A DNA stretch of 64,000 nt from Eledone cirrhosa (lineage: Eukaryota): positions 1,674,001 through 1,738,000 of the forward strand of contig OZ024756.1 in the NCBI GenBank assembly GCA_964016885.1. The letters run 5' to 3'. Both the position numbers and the translations under genes were made by a program. The notes below the pieces were generated by a model. That model did no database searches. It worked only from the letters and a program-made list of their open reading frames with translations, and was not told the origin of the DNA. This document shows, in pieces, positions 12,001 to 24,289 of the stretch (within the stretch, counting starts at the first letter, position 1; each line of letters begins with the position of its first letter).

Positions 12001-15000
12001 TGATCTGGTCCTCCGTCTTGCTGTCTTCAGTACATCTATGAGGTGTGCAGTGTCAGTGATCTGGTCCTCTGTCTTGCTGTCTTCAGTACATCTATGAAGT
12101 GTGCAGTGTCAGTGATCTGGTCCTCTGTCTTGCTGTCTTCAGTACATCTATGAAGTGTGCAGTGTCAGTGATCAGGTCCTCTGTCTTGCTGTCTTCAGTT
12201 CATCTATGTAGTGTGCAGTGTCAGTGATCTGGTCCTCTGTATTGCTGTCTTCAGTTCATCTATGAAGTGTGCAGCGTCAGTGATCTGGTCCTCTGTCTTG
12301 CTGTCTTCAGTACATCTATTCAGTGTGCAGTGTCAGTGATCTGGTCCTCTATCTTGCTGTCTTCAGTTCATCTATGAAGTGTGCAGTGTCAGTGATCAGG
12401 TCCTCTGTCTTGCTGTCTTCAGTTCATCCATGTAGTGTGCAGTGTCAGTGATCTGGTCCTCTATCTTGCTGTCTTCAGTTCATCCATGAAGTGTGCAGTG
12501 TCAGTGATCTGGTCCTCCGTCTTGCTGTCTTCAGTACATCTATGTAGTGTGCAGTGTCAGTGATCTGGTCCTCTATCTTGCTGTCTTCAGTTCATCTATG
12601 AAGTGTGTAGTGTCAGTGATCTGGTCTCGTCCTCTATCTTGCTGTCTTCAGTTCATCTATGAAGTGTGCAGTGTCAGTGATCTGGTCCTCTATCTTGCTG
12701 TCTTCAGTTCATCTATGAAGTGTGTAGTGTCAGTGATCTGGTCTCGTCCTCTGTCTTGCTGTCTTCAGTTCATCTATGAAGTGTGCAGTGTCAGTGATCT
12801 CGTCCTCTATCTTGCTGTCTTCAGTTCATCTATGAAGTGTGCAGTGTCAGTGATCTGGTCCTCTGTCTTGCTGTCTTCAGTTCATCTATGAAGTGTGCAG
12901 TGTCAGTGATCTGGTCCTCTGTCTTGCTGTCTTCAGTTCATCTATGAAGTGTGCAGCGTCAGTGATCTCGTCCTCTGTCTTGCTGTCTTCAGTACATCTA
13001 TGAAGTGTGCAGTGTCAGTGATCTGGTCCTCTGTCTTGCTGTCTTCAGTACATCTATGTAGTGTGCAGTGTCAGTGATCTGGTCCTCTGTCTTGCTGTCT
13101 TCAGTACATCTATGAAGTGTGCAGTGTCAGTGATCTGGTCCTCTGTCTTGCTGTCTTCAGTACATCTATGAAGTGTGCAGTGTCAGTGATCTGGTCCTCT
13201 GTCTTGCTGTCTTCAGTTCATCTATGTAGTGTGCAGTGTCAGGGATCTGGTCCTCTGTCTTGCTGTCTTCAGTTCATCTATGAAGTGTGCAGTGTCAGTG
13301 ATCTGGTCCTCTGTCTTGCTGTCTTCAGTACATCTATGAAGTGTGCAGTGTCAGTGATCTGGTCCTCTGTCTTGCTGTCTTCAGTTCATCTATGAAGTGT
13401 GCAGTGTCAGTGATCTGGTCCTCTGTCTTGCTGTCTTCAGTTCATCTATGAAGTGTGCAGTGTCAGTGATCTGGTCCTCTGTCTTGCTGTCTTCAGTTCA
13501 TCTATGAAGTGTGCAGTGTCAGTGATCTGGTCCTCTGTCTTGCTGTCTTCAGTTCATCTATGAAGTGTGCAGTGTCAGTGATCTGGTCCTCTGTCTTGCT
13601 GTCTTCAGTACATCTATGAAGTGTGCAGTGTCAGTGATCTGGTCCTCTGTCTTGCTGTCTTCAGTACATCTATGATGTGTGCAGTGTCAGTGATCTGGTC
13701 CTCTGTCTTGCTGTCTTCAGTTCATCTATGAAGTGTGCAGTGTCAGTGATCTGGTCCTCTGTCTTGCTGTCTTCAGTTCATCTATGAAGTGTGCAGTGTC
13801 AGTGATCTGGTCCTCTGTCTTGCTGTCTTCAGTTCATCTATGAAGTGTGCAGTGTCAGTGATCTGGTCCTCTGTCTTGCTGTCTTCAGTTCATCTATGAA
13901 GTGTGCAGTGTCAGTGATCTGGTCCTCTGTCTTGCTGTCTTCAGTACATCTATGAAGTGTGCAGTGTCAGTGATCTGGTCCTCTGTCTTGCTGTCTTCAG
14001 AACATCTATGATGTGTGCAGTGTCAGTGATCTGGTCCTCTGTCTTGCTGTCTTCAGTTCATCTATGAAGTGTGCAGTGTCAGTGATCTGGTCCTCTGTCT
14101 TGCTGTCTTCAGTTCATCTATGAAGTGTGCAGTGTCAGTGATCTGGTCCTCTGTCTTGCTGTCTTCAGTACATCTATGAAGTGTGCAGTGTCAGTGATCT
14201 GGTCCTCTGTCTTGCTGTCTTCAGTACATCTATGAAGTGTGCAGTGTCAGTGATCTGGTCCTCTGTCTTGTTGTCTTCAGTTCATCTATGAAGTGTGCAG
14301 TGTCAGTGATCTGGTCCTCTGTCTTGCTGTCTTCAGTTCATCTATGAAGTGTGCAGTGTCAGTGATCTGGTCCTCTATCTTGCTGTCTTCAGTTCATCTA
14401 TGAAGTGTGCAGTGTCAGTGATCTGGTCCTCTGTCTTGCTGTCTTCAGTTCATCTATGAAGTGTGCAGTGTCAGTGATCTGGTCCTCTGTCTTGCTGTCT
14501 TCAGTACATCTATGAAGTGTGCAGTGTCAGTGAACTGGTCCTCCGTCTTGCTGTCTTCAGTACATCTATTAAGTGTGCAGTGTCAGTGATCTGTCCCTCT
14601 GTCTTGCTGTCTTCAGTTCATCTATGAAGTGTGCAGTGTCAGTGATCTGGTCCTCTGTCTTGCTGTCTTCAGTTCATCTATGAAGTGTGCAGTGTCAGTG
14701 ATCTGGTCCTCTATCTTGCTGTCTTCAGTTCATCTATGAAGTGTGCAGTGTCAGTGATCTGGTTCTCTGTCTTGCTGTCTTCAGTTCATCTATGAAGTGT
14801 GCAGTGTCAGTGATCTGGTCCTCTGTCTTGCTGTCTTCAGTACATCTATGAAGTGTGCAGTGTCAGTGATCTGGTCCTCTATCTTGCTGTCTTCAGTTCA
14901 TCTATGAAGTGTGCAGTGTCAGTGATCTGGTTCTCTGTCTTGCTGTCTTCAGTTCATCTATGAAGTGTGCAGTGTCAGTGATCTGGTCCTCTGTCTTGCT

Positions 15001-18000
15001 GTCTTCAGTTCATCTATGAAGTGTGCAGTGTCAGTGATCTGGTCCTCTGTCTTGCTGTCTTCAGTTCATCTATGAAGTGTGCAGTGTCAGTGATTAGGTC
15101 CTCTGCCTTGCTGTCTTCAGTACATCTATGAAGTGTGCAGTGTCAGTGATCAGGTCCTCTGTCTTGCTGTCTTCAGTACATCTATGATGTGTGCAGTGTC
15201 AGTGATCTGGTCCTCTGTCTTGCTGTCTTTAGTTCATCTATGAAGTGTGCAGTGTCAGTGATCTGGTCCTCTGTCTTGCTGTCTTCAGTTCATCTATGAA
15301 GTGTGCAGTGTCAGTGATCTGGTCCTCTGTCTTGCTGTCCTCAGTTCATCTATGAAGTGTGCAGCGTCAGTGATCTGGTCCTCTGTCTTGCTGTCTTCAG
15401 TACATCTATGAAGTGTGCAGTGTCAATGATCTGGTCCTCTGTCTTGCTGTCTTCAGTACATCTATGAAGTGTGCAGTGTCAGTGATCTGGTCCTCTGTCT
15501 AGCTGTCTTCAGTTCATCTATGAAGTGTGCAGTGTCAGTGATCTGGTCCTCTGTCTTGCTGTCTTCAGTTCATCTATGAAGTGTGCAGTGTCAGTGATCT
15601 GGTCCTCTGTCTTGCTGTCTTCAGTTCATCTATGAAGTGTGCAGTGTCAGTGATCTGGTCCTCTGTCTTGCTGTCTTCAGTACATCTATGAAGTGTGCAG
15701 TGTCAATGATCTGGTCCTCTGTCTTGATGTCTTCAGTACATCTATGATGTGTGCAGTGTCAGTGATCTGGTCCTCTGTCTTGCTGTCTTCAGTTCATCTA
15801 TGAAGTGTGCAGTGTCAGTGATCTGGTCCTCTGTCTTGCTGTCTTCAGTTCATCTATGAAGTGTGCAGCGTCAGTGATCTGGTCCTCTGTCTTGCTGTCT
15901 TCAGTACATCTATGAAGTGTGCAGTGTCAGTGATCTGGTCCTCTGTCTTGCTGTCTTCAGTTCATCTATGAAGTGTGCAGTGTCAGTGATCTGGTCCTCT
16001 GTCTTGCTGTCTTCAGTTCATCTATGAAGTGTGCAGTGTCAGTGATCTGGTCCTCTGTCTTGCTGTCTTCAGTACATCTATGAAGTGTGCAGTGTCAATG
16101 ATCTGGTCCTCTGTCTTGATGTCTTCAGTACATCTATGATGTGTGCAGTGTCAGTGATCTGGTCCTCTGTCTTGCTGTCTTCAGTTCATCTATGAAGTGT
16201 GCAGTGTCAGTGATCTGGTCCTCTGTCTTGCTGTCTTCAGTTCATCTATGAAGTGTGCAGTGTCAGTGATCTGGTCCTCTGTCTTGCTGTCTTCAGTTCA
16301 TCTATGAAGTGTGCAGCGTCAGTGATCTGGTCCTCTGTCTTGCTGTCTTCAGTACATCTATGAAGTGTGCAGTGTCAGTGATCTGGTCCTCTGTCTTGCT
16401 GTCTTCAGTACATCTATGAAGTGTGCAGTGTCAGTGATCTGGTCCTCTGTCTTGCTGTCTTCAGTTCATCTATGAAGTGTGCAGTGTCAGTGATCTGGTC
16501 CTCTGTCTTGCTGTCTTCAGTTCATCTATGAAGTGTGCAGTGTCAGTGATCTGGTCCTCTGTCTTGCTGTCTTCAGTACATCTATGAAGTGTGCAGTGTC
16601 AGTGAACTGGTCCTCCGTCTTGCTGTCTTCAGTACATCTATTAAGTGTGCAGTGTCAGTGATCTGGCCCTCTGTCTTGCTGTCTTCAGTTCATCTATGAA
16701 GTGTGCAGTGTCAGTGATCTGGTCCTCTGTCTTGCTGTCTTCAGTTCATCTATGAAGTGTGCAGTGTCAGTGATCCGGTCCTCTGTCTTGCTGTCTTCAG
16801 TTCATCTATGAAGTGTGCAGTGTCAGTGATCTGGTCCTCTATCTTGCTGTCTTCAGTACATCTATGTAGTGTGCAGTGTCAGTGATCTGGTCCTCTGTCT
16901 TGCCGTCTTCAGTTCATCTATGAAGTGTGTAGTGTTTAGTGATCTGGTCCTCTGTCTTGCTGTCTTCAGTACATCTATGAAGTGTGCAGTGTCAGTGATC
17001 AGGTCCTCTGTCTTGCTGTCTTAGGTTCATCTATGAAGTGTGCAGTGTCAGTGATCTCGTCCTCTGTCTTGCTGTCTTCAGTACATCTATGAAGTGTGCA
17101 GTGTCAGTGATCTGGTCCTCTGTCTTGCTGTCTTCAGTACATCTATGAAGTGTGCCGTGTCAGTGATCAGCTCCTCTGTCTTGCTGTCTTCAGTTCATCT
17201 ATGATGTGTGCAGTGTCAGTGATCTGGTCCTCTGTCTTGCTGTCCTCACTACATCTATGAAGTGTGCAGTGTCAGTGATCAGCTCCTCTGTCTTGCTGTC
17301 TTCAGTTCATCTATGATGTGTGCAGTGTCAGTGATCTGGTCCTCCGTCTTGCTGTCTTCAGTACATCTATGTAGTGTGCAGTGTCAGTGATCTGGTCCTC
17401 TATCTTGCTGTCTTCAGTTCATCTATGAAGTGTGCAGTGTCAGTGATCTGGTCCTCTGTCTTGCTGTCTTCAGTTCATCTATGAAGTGTGCAGTGTCAGT
17501 GATCTGGTCCTCTGTCTTGCTGTCTTCAGTTCATCTATGAAGTGTGCAGTGTCAGTGATCTGGTCCTCTGTCTTGCTGTCTTCAGTACATCTATGAAGTG
17601 TGCAGTGTCAGTGATCTGGTCCTCTGTCTTGCTGTCTTCAGTACATCTATGATGTGTGCAGTGTCAGTGATCTGGTCCTCTGTCTTGCTGTCTTCAGTTC
17701 ATCTATGAAGTGTGCAGTGTCAGTGATCTGGTCCTCTGTCTTGCTGTCTTCAGTTCATCTATGAAGTGTGCAGTGTCAGTGATCTGGTCCTCTGTCATGC
17801 TGTCTTCAGTTCATCTATGAAGTGTGCAGCGTCAGTGATCTGGTCCTCTGTCTTGCTGTCTTCAGTACATCTATGAAGTGTGCAGTGTCAGTGATCTTGT
17901 CCTCTGTCTTGCTGTCTTCAGTACATCTATGAAGTGTGCAGTGTCAGTGATCTGGTCCTCTGTCTTGTTGTCTTCAGTTCATCTATGAAGTGTGCAGTGT

Positions 18001-19350
18001 CAGTGATCTGGTCCTCTGTCTTGCTGTCTTCAGTTCATCTATGAAGTGTGCAGTGTCAGTGATCTGGTCCTCTGTCTTGCTGTCTTCAGTTCATCTATGA
18101 AGTGTGCAGTGTCAGTGATCTGGTCCTCTGTCTTGCTGTCTTCAGTTCCTCTATGAAGTGTGCATTGTCAGTGATCTGGTCCTCTGTCTTGCTGTCTTCA
18201 GTACATCTATGAAGTGTGCAGTGTCAGTTAACTGGTCCTCCGTCTTGCTGTCTTCAGTACATCTATTAAGTGTGCAGTGTCAGTGATCTGGCCCTCTGTC
18301 TTGCTGTCTTCAGTTCATCTATGAACTGTGCAGCGTCAGTGATCTGGTCCTCTGTCTTGCTGTCTTCAGTTCATCTATGAAGTGTGCAGTGTCAGTGATC
18401 TGGTCCTCTGTCTTGCTGTCTTCAGTTCATCTATGAAGTGTGCAGTGTCAGTGATCTGGTCCTCTGTCTTGCTGTCTTCAGTTCATCTATGAAGTGTGCA
18501 GTGTCAGTGATCTGGTCCTCTATCTTGCTGTCTTCAGTACATCTATGAAGTGTGCAGTGTCAGTGATCTGGTCCCCTGTCTTGCTGTCTTCAGTACATCT
18601 ATGAAGTGTGCAGTGTCAGTGATCAGCTCCTCTGTCTTGCTGTCTTCAGTTCATCTATGATGTGTGCAGTGTCAGTGATCTGGTCCTCCGTCTTGCTGTC
18701 TTCAGTACATCTATGTAGTGTGCAGTGTCAGTGATCTGGTCCTCTATCTTGCTGTCTTCAGTTCATCTATGAAGTGTGCAGTGTCAGTGATCTGGTCCTC
18801 TGTCTTGCTGTCTTCAGTTCATCTATGAAGTGTGCAGTGTCAGTGATCTGGTCCTCCGTCTTGCTGTCTTCAGTACATCTATGAAGTGTGCAGCGTCAGT
18901 GATCTGGTCCTCTGTCTTGCTGTCTTCAGTACATCTATGAAGGGTGCAGTGTCAGTGATCTGGTCCTCTGTCTTGCTGTCTTCAGTACATCTATGAAGTG
19001 TGCAGTGTCAGTGATCAGGTCCTCTGTCTTGCTGTCTTCAGTTCATCTATGTAGTGTGCAGTGTCAGTGATATGGTCCTCTGTCTTGCTGTCTTCAGTTC
19101 ATCTATGAAGTGTGCAGTGTCAGTGATCTGGTCCTCTGTCTTGCTGTCTTCAGTTCATCTATGTAGTGTGCAGTGTCAGTGATCTGGTCCTCTGTATTGC
19201 TGTTTTCAGTTCATCTATGAAGTGTGCAGCGTCAGTGATCTGGTCCTCTGTCTTGCTGTCTTCAGTACATCTATGAAGTGTGCAGTGTCAGTGATCTGGT
19301 CCTCCGTCTTGCTGTCTTCAGTACATCTATGAGGTGTGCAGTGTCAGTGA
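1..19350. repeat. Satellite subfamily domain A
   Basis: Diagnostic variants are T55C (GCAGCGTC), A46T (TATGATGT), frequent G19A (CTCTATC), GATCAGCTCC, GCCGTGTC, TATTAAG, TTAGGT, the +1 GTGTTTAG and the +5 TCGTC insertions. The last GCAGCGTC seen is near 19226 and the last TATGATGT near 18660. The boundary is approximate. Confidence 0.85.
4300..13200. repeat. Dispersed block duplication in domain A (about 4300-5000 and 12490-13200), offset 8186 bp
   Basis: A pair of 61-bp monomers with the TCGTC insertion lies at 4441 and 4558, and again at 12627 and 12744. The following variant order is shared. 8186 = 146x56 + 10. Confidence 0.85.
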
Positions 19351-22300
19351 TCTGGTCCTCTGTCTTGCTGTCTTCAGTTCATCTATGAAGTATGCAGTGT
19401 CAGTGATCTCGACCTCTGTCTTGCTGTCTTCAGTACATCTATGAAGTGTGCAGTGTCAGTGATCTGGTCCTCTGTCTTGCTGTCTTCAGTACATCTATGA
19501 AGTGTGCAGTGTCAGTGATATGGTCCTCTGTCTTGCTGTCTTCAGTTCATCTATGAAGTGTGCAGTGTCAGGGATCTGGTCCTCTGTCTTGCTGTCTTCA
19601 GTACATCTGTGAAGTTTGTAGTGTCAGTGATCAGGTCCTCTGTCTTGCTGTCTTCAGTACATCTATGTAGTGTGCAGTGTCAGTGATCTGGTCCTCTGTC
19701 TTGCTGTCTTCAGTACATCTGTGAAGTGTGTAGTGTCAGTGAACAGGTCCTCTGTCTTGCTGTCTTAAGTACATCTATGTATTGTGCAGTGTCAGTGATC
19801 AGGTCCTCTATCTTGCTGTCTTCAGTACATCTATGTAGTGTGCAGTGTCAGTGATCTGGTCCTCTGTCTTGCTGTCTTCAGTACATCTGTGAAGTGTGTA
19901 GTGTCGGTGATCAGGTCCTCTGTCTTGCTGTCTTCAGTACATCTATGAAGTGTGCAATGTCAGTGATCTGGTCCTCTGTCTTGCTGTCTTCAGTTCATCT
20001 ATGAAGTGTGCAGTGTCAGTGATCTGGTCCTCTGTCTTGCTGTCTTCACTTCATCTATGAAGTGTCCAGTGTCAGTGATCTGGTCCTCTGTCTTGCTGTC
20101 TTCAGTACATCTATGAAGTGTGCAGTGTCAGTGATCTGGTCCTCTGTCTTGCTGTCTTCAGTACATCTATGAATTGTGCAGTGTCAGTGATCTGGTCCTC
20201 TGTCTTGCTGTCTTCAGTTCAACTATGAAGTATGCAGTGTCAGTGATCTGGTCCTCTGTCTTGCTGTCTTCAGTACATCTATGAAGTGTGCAGTGTCAGT
20301 GATCTGTTCCTCTGTCTTGCTGTCTTCAGTTCATCTATGAAGTGTGCAGTGTCAGTGATCTGGTCCTCTGTCTTGCTGTCTTCAGTACATCTATGAAGTG
20401 TGCAGTGTCAGTGATCTCGTCCTCTGTCTTGCTGTCTTCAGTACATCTATGAAGTGTGCAGTGTCAGTGATCTGGTCCTCTGTCTTGCTGTCTTCAGTTC
20501 ATCTATGAAGTGTGCAGTGTCAGTGATCTGGTCCTCTGTCTTGCTGTCTTCAGTTCATCTATGAAGTATGCAGTGTCAGTGATCTCGTCCTCTGTCTTGC
20601 TGTCTTAAGTACATCTATGAAGTGTGCAGTGTCAGTGATCTGGTCCTCTGTCTTGCTGTCTTCAGTACATCTGTGAACTTTGTAGTGTCAGTGATCAGAT
20701 CCTCTGTCTTGCTGTCTTCAGTACATCTATGTAGTGTGCAGTGTCAGTGATCTGGTCCTCTGTCTTGCTGTCTTCAGTACATCTATGTAGTGTGCAGTGT
20801 CAGTGATCTGGTCCTCTGTCTTGCTGTCCTCAGTACATCTGTGAAGTGTGTAGTGTCGGTGATCAGGTCCTCTGTCTTGCTGTCTTCAGTACATCTATGA
20901 AGTGTGCAGTGTCAGTGATCTGGTCCTCTGTCTTGCTGTCTTCAGTACTTCTATGAAGTGTGCAGTGTCAGTGATCTGGTCCTCTGTCTTGCTGTCTTCA
21001 GTACATCTATGAAGTGTGCAGTGTCAGTGATCTGGTCCTCTGTCTTGCTGTCTTCAGTTCATCTATGAAGTGTGCAGTGTCAGTGATCTGGTCCTCTGTC
21101 TTGCTGTCTTCAGTACATCTATGAAGTGTGCAGTGTCAGTGATCTGGTCCTCTGTCTTGCTGTCTTCAGTACATCTGTGAACTTTGTAGTGTCAGTGATC
21201 AGATCCTCTGTCTTGCTGTCTTCAGTACATCTATGTAGTGTGCAGTGTCAGTGATCTGGTCCTCTGTCTTGCTGTCTTCAGTACATCTGTGAAGTGTGTA
21301 GTGTCAGTGATCAGGTCCTCTGTCTTGCTGTCTTAAGTACATGTATGTAGTGTGCAGTGTCAGTGATCAGGTCCTCTGTCTTGCTGTCTTCAGTACATCT
21401 ATGTAGTGTGCAGTGTCAGTGATCTGGTCCTCTGTCTTGCTGTCTTCAGTTCATCTATGAAGTGTGCAGTGTCAGTGATCTGGTCCTCTGTCTTGCTGTC
21501 TTCAGTACATCTATGAAGTGTGCAGTGTCAGTTATCTGGTCCTCTGTCTTGCTGTCTTCAGTTCATCTGTGAAGTGTGCAGTGTCAGTGATCTGGCCCTC
21601 TGTCTTGCTGTCTTCAGTACATCTATGAAGTGTGCAGTGTCAGTGATCTGGTCCTCTGTCTTGCTGTCTTAGTTCATCTATGAAGTGTGCAGTGTCAGTG
21701 ATCTGGTCCTCCGTCTTGCTGTTTTCAGTACATCTATGAAGTGTGCAGTGTCAGTGATCTGGTCCTCTGTCTTGCTGTCTTCAGTACATCTATGAAGTGT
21801 GCAGTGTCAGGGATCTGGTCCTATGTCTTGCTGTCTTCAGTTCATCTATGAAGTGTGTAGTGTCAGTGATCTGTTCCTCTGTCTTGCTGTCTTCAGTACA
21901 TCTATGAAGTGTGCAATGTCAGTGATCTGGTCCTCTGTCTTGCTGTCTTCAGTTCATCTATGAAGTGTGCAGTGTCAGTGATCTGGTCCTCTGTCTTGCT
22001 GTCTTCACTTCATCTATGAAGTGTGCAGTGTCAGTGATCTGGTCCTCTGTCTTGCTGTCTTCAGTACATCTATGAAGTGTGCAGTGTCAGTGATCTGGTC
22101 CTCTCTCTTGCTGTCTTCAGTACATCTATGAAGTGTGCAGTGTCAGTGATCTGGTCCTCTGTCTTGCTGTCTTCAGTTCATCTATGAAGTATGCAGTGTC
22201 AGTGATCTGGTCCTCTGTCTAGCTGTCTTCAGTACATCTATGAAGTGTGCAGTGTCAGTGATCTGTTCCTCTGTCTTGCTGTCTTCAGTTCATCTATGAA

Positions 22301-24289
22301 GTGTGCAGTGTCAGTGATCTGGTCCTCTGTCTTGCTGTCTTCAGTACATCTATGAAGTGTGCAGTGTCAGTGATCTCGTCCTCTGTCTTGCTGTCTTCAG
22401 TACATCTATGAAGTGTGCAGTGTCAGTGATCTGGTCCTCTGTCTTGCTGTCTTCAGTTCATCTATGAAGTGTGCAGTGTCAGTGATCTGGTCCTCTGTCT
22501 TGCTGTCTTCAGTTCATCTATGAAGTATGCAGTGTCAGTGTTCTCGTCCTCTGTCTTGCTGTCTTCAGTACATCTATGAAGTGTGCAGTGTCAGTGATCT
22601 GGTCCTCTGTCTTGCTGTCTTCAGTACATCTGTGAACTTTGTAGTGTCAGTGATCAGATCCTCTGTCTTGCTGTCTTCAGTACATCTATGTAGTGTGCAG
22701 TGTCAGTGATCTGGTCCTCTGTCTTGCTGTCTTCAGTACATCTATGAAGTGTGCAGTGTCAGTGATATGGTCCTCTGTCTTGCTGTCTTCAGTTCATCTA
22801 TGAAGTGTGCAGTGTCAGGGATCTGGTCCTCTGTCTTGCTGTCTTCAGTACATCTGTGAAGTTTGTAGTGTCAGTGATCAGTTCCTCTGTCTTGCTGTCT
22901 TCAGTACATCTATGTAGTGTGCAGTGTCAGTGATCTGGTCCTCTGTCTTGCTGTCTTAAGTACATCTATGTAGTGTGCAGTGTCAGTGATCAGGTCCTCT
23001 GTCTTGCTGTCTTCAGTACATCTATGTAGTGAGCAGTGTCAGTGATCTGGTCCTCTGTCTTGCTGTCTTCAGTACATCTGTGAAGTGTGTAGTGTCGGTG
23101 ATCAGGTCCTCTGTCTTGCTGTCTTCAGTACTTCTATGAAGTGTGCAGTGTCAGTGATCTGGTCCTCTGTCTTGCTGTCTTCAGTACATCTATGAAGTGT
23201 GCAGTGTCAGTGATCTGGTCCTCTGTCTTGCTGTCATCAGTTCATCTATGAAGTGTGCAGTGTCAGTGATCTGGTCCTCTGTCTTGCTGTCTTCAGTTCA
23301 TCTATGAAGTATGCAGTGTCAGTGATCTCGTCCTCTGTGTTGCTGTCTTCAGTACATCTATGAAGTGTGCAGTGTCAGTGATCTGGTCCTCTGTCTTGCT
23401 GTCTTCAGTACATCTGTGAACTTTGTAGTGTCAGTGATCAGATCCTCTGTCTTGCTGTCTTCAGTACATCTATGTAGTGTGCAGTGTCAGTGATCTGGTC
23501 CTCTGTCTTGCTGTTTTCAGTACATCTATGAAGTGTGCAGTGTCAGTGATCTGGTCCTCTGTCTTGCTGTCTTCAGTACATCTGTGAAGTGTGTAGTGTC
23601 AGTGATCAGGTCCTCTGTCTTGCTGTCTTAAGTACATCTATGTAGTGTGCAGTGTCAGTGATCAGGTCCTCTGTCTTGCTGTCTTCAGTACATCTATGTA
23701 GTGTGCAGTGTCAGTTATCTGGTCCTCTGTCTTGCTGTCTTCAGTTCATCTGTGAAGTGTGCAGTGTCAGTGATCTGGCCCTCTGTCTTGCTGTCTTCAG
23801 TACATCTATGAAGTGTGCAGTGTCAGTGATCTGGTCCTCTGTCTTGCTGTCTTCAGTTCATCTATGAAGTGTGCAGTGTCAGTGATCTGGTCCTCCGTCT
23901 TGCTGTTTTCAGTACATCTATGAAGTGTGCAGTGTCAGTGATCTGGTCCTCTGTCTTGCTGTCTTCAGTACATCTATGAAGTGTGCAGTGTCAGGGATCT
24001 GGTCCTCTGTCTTGCTGTCTTCAGTTCATCTATGAAGTGTGTAGTGTCAGTGATCTGTTCCTCTGTCTTGCTGTCTTCAGTACATCTATGAAGTGTGCAA
24101 TGTCAGTGATCTGGTCCTCTGTCTTGCTGTCTTCAGTTAATCTATGAAGTGTGCAGTGTCAGTGATCTGGTCCTCTGTCTTGCTGTCTTCACTTCATCTA
24201 TGAAGTGTGCAGTGTCAGTGATCTGGTCCTCTGTCTTGCTGTCTTCAGTTCATCTATGAAGTATGCAGTGTCAGTGATCTCGTCCCCTG

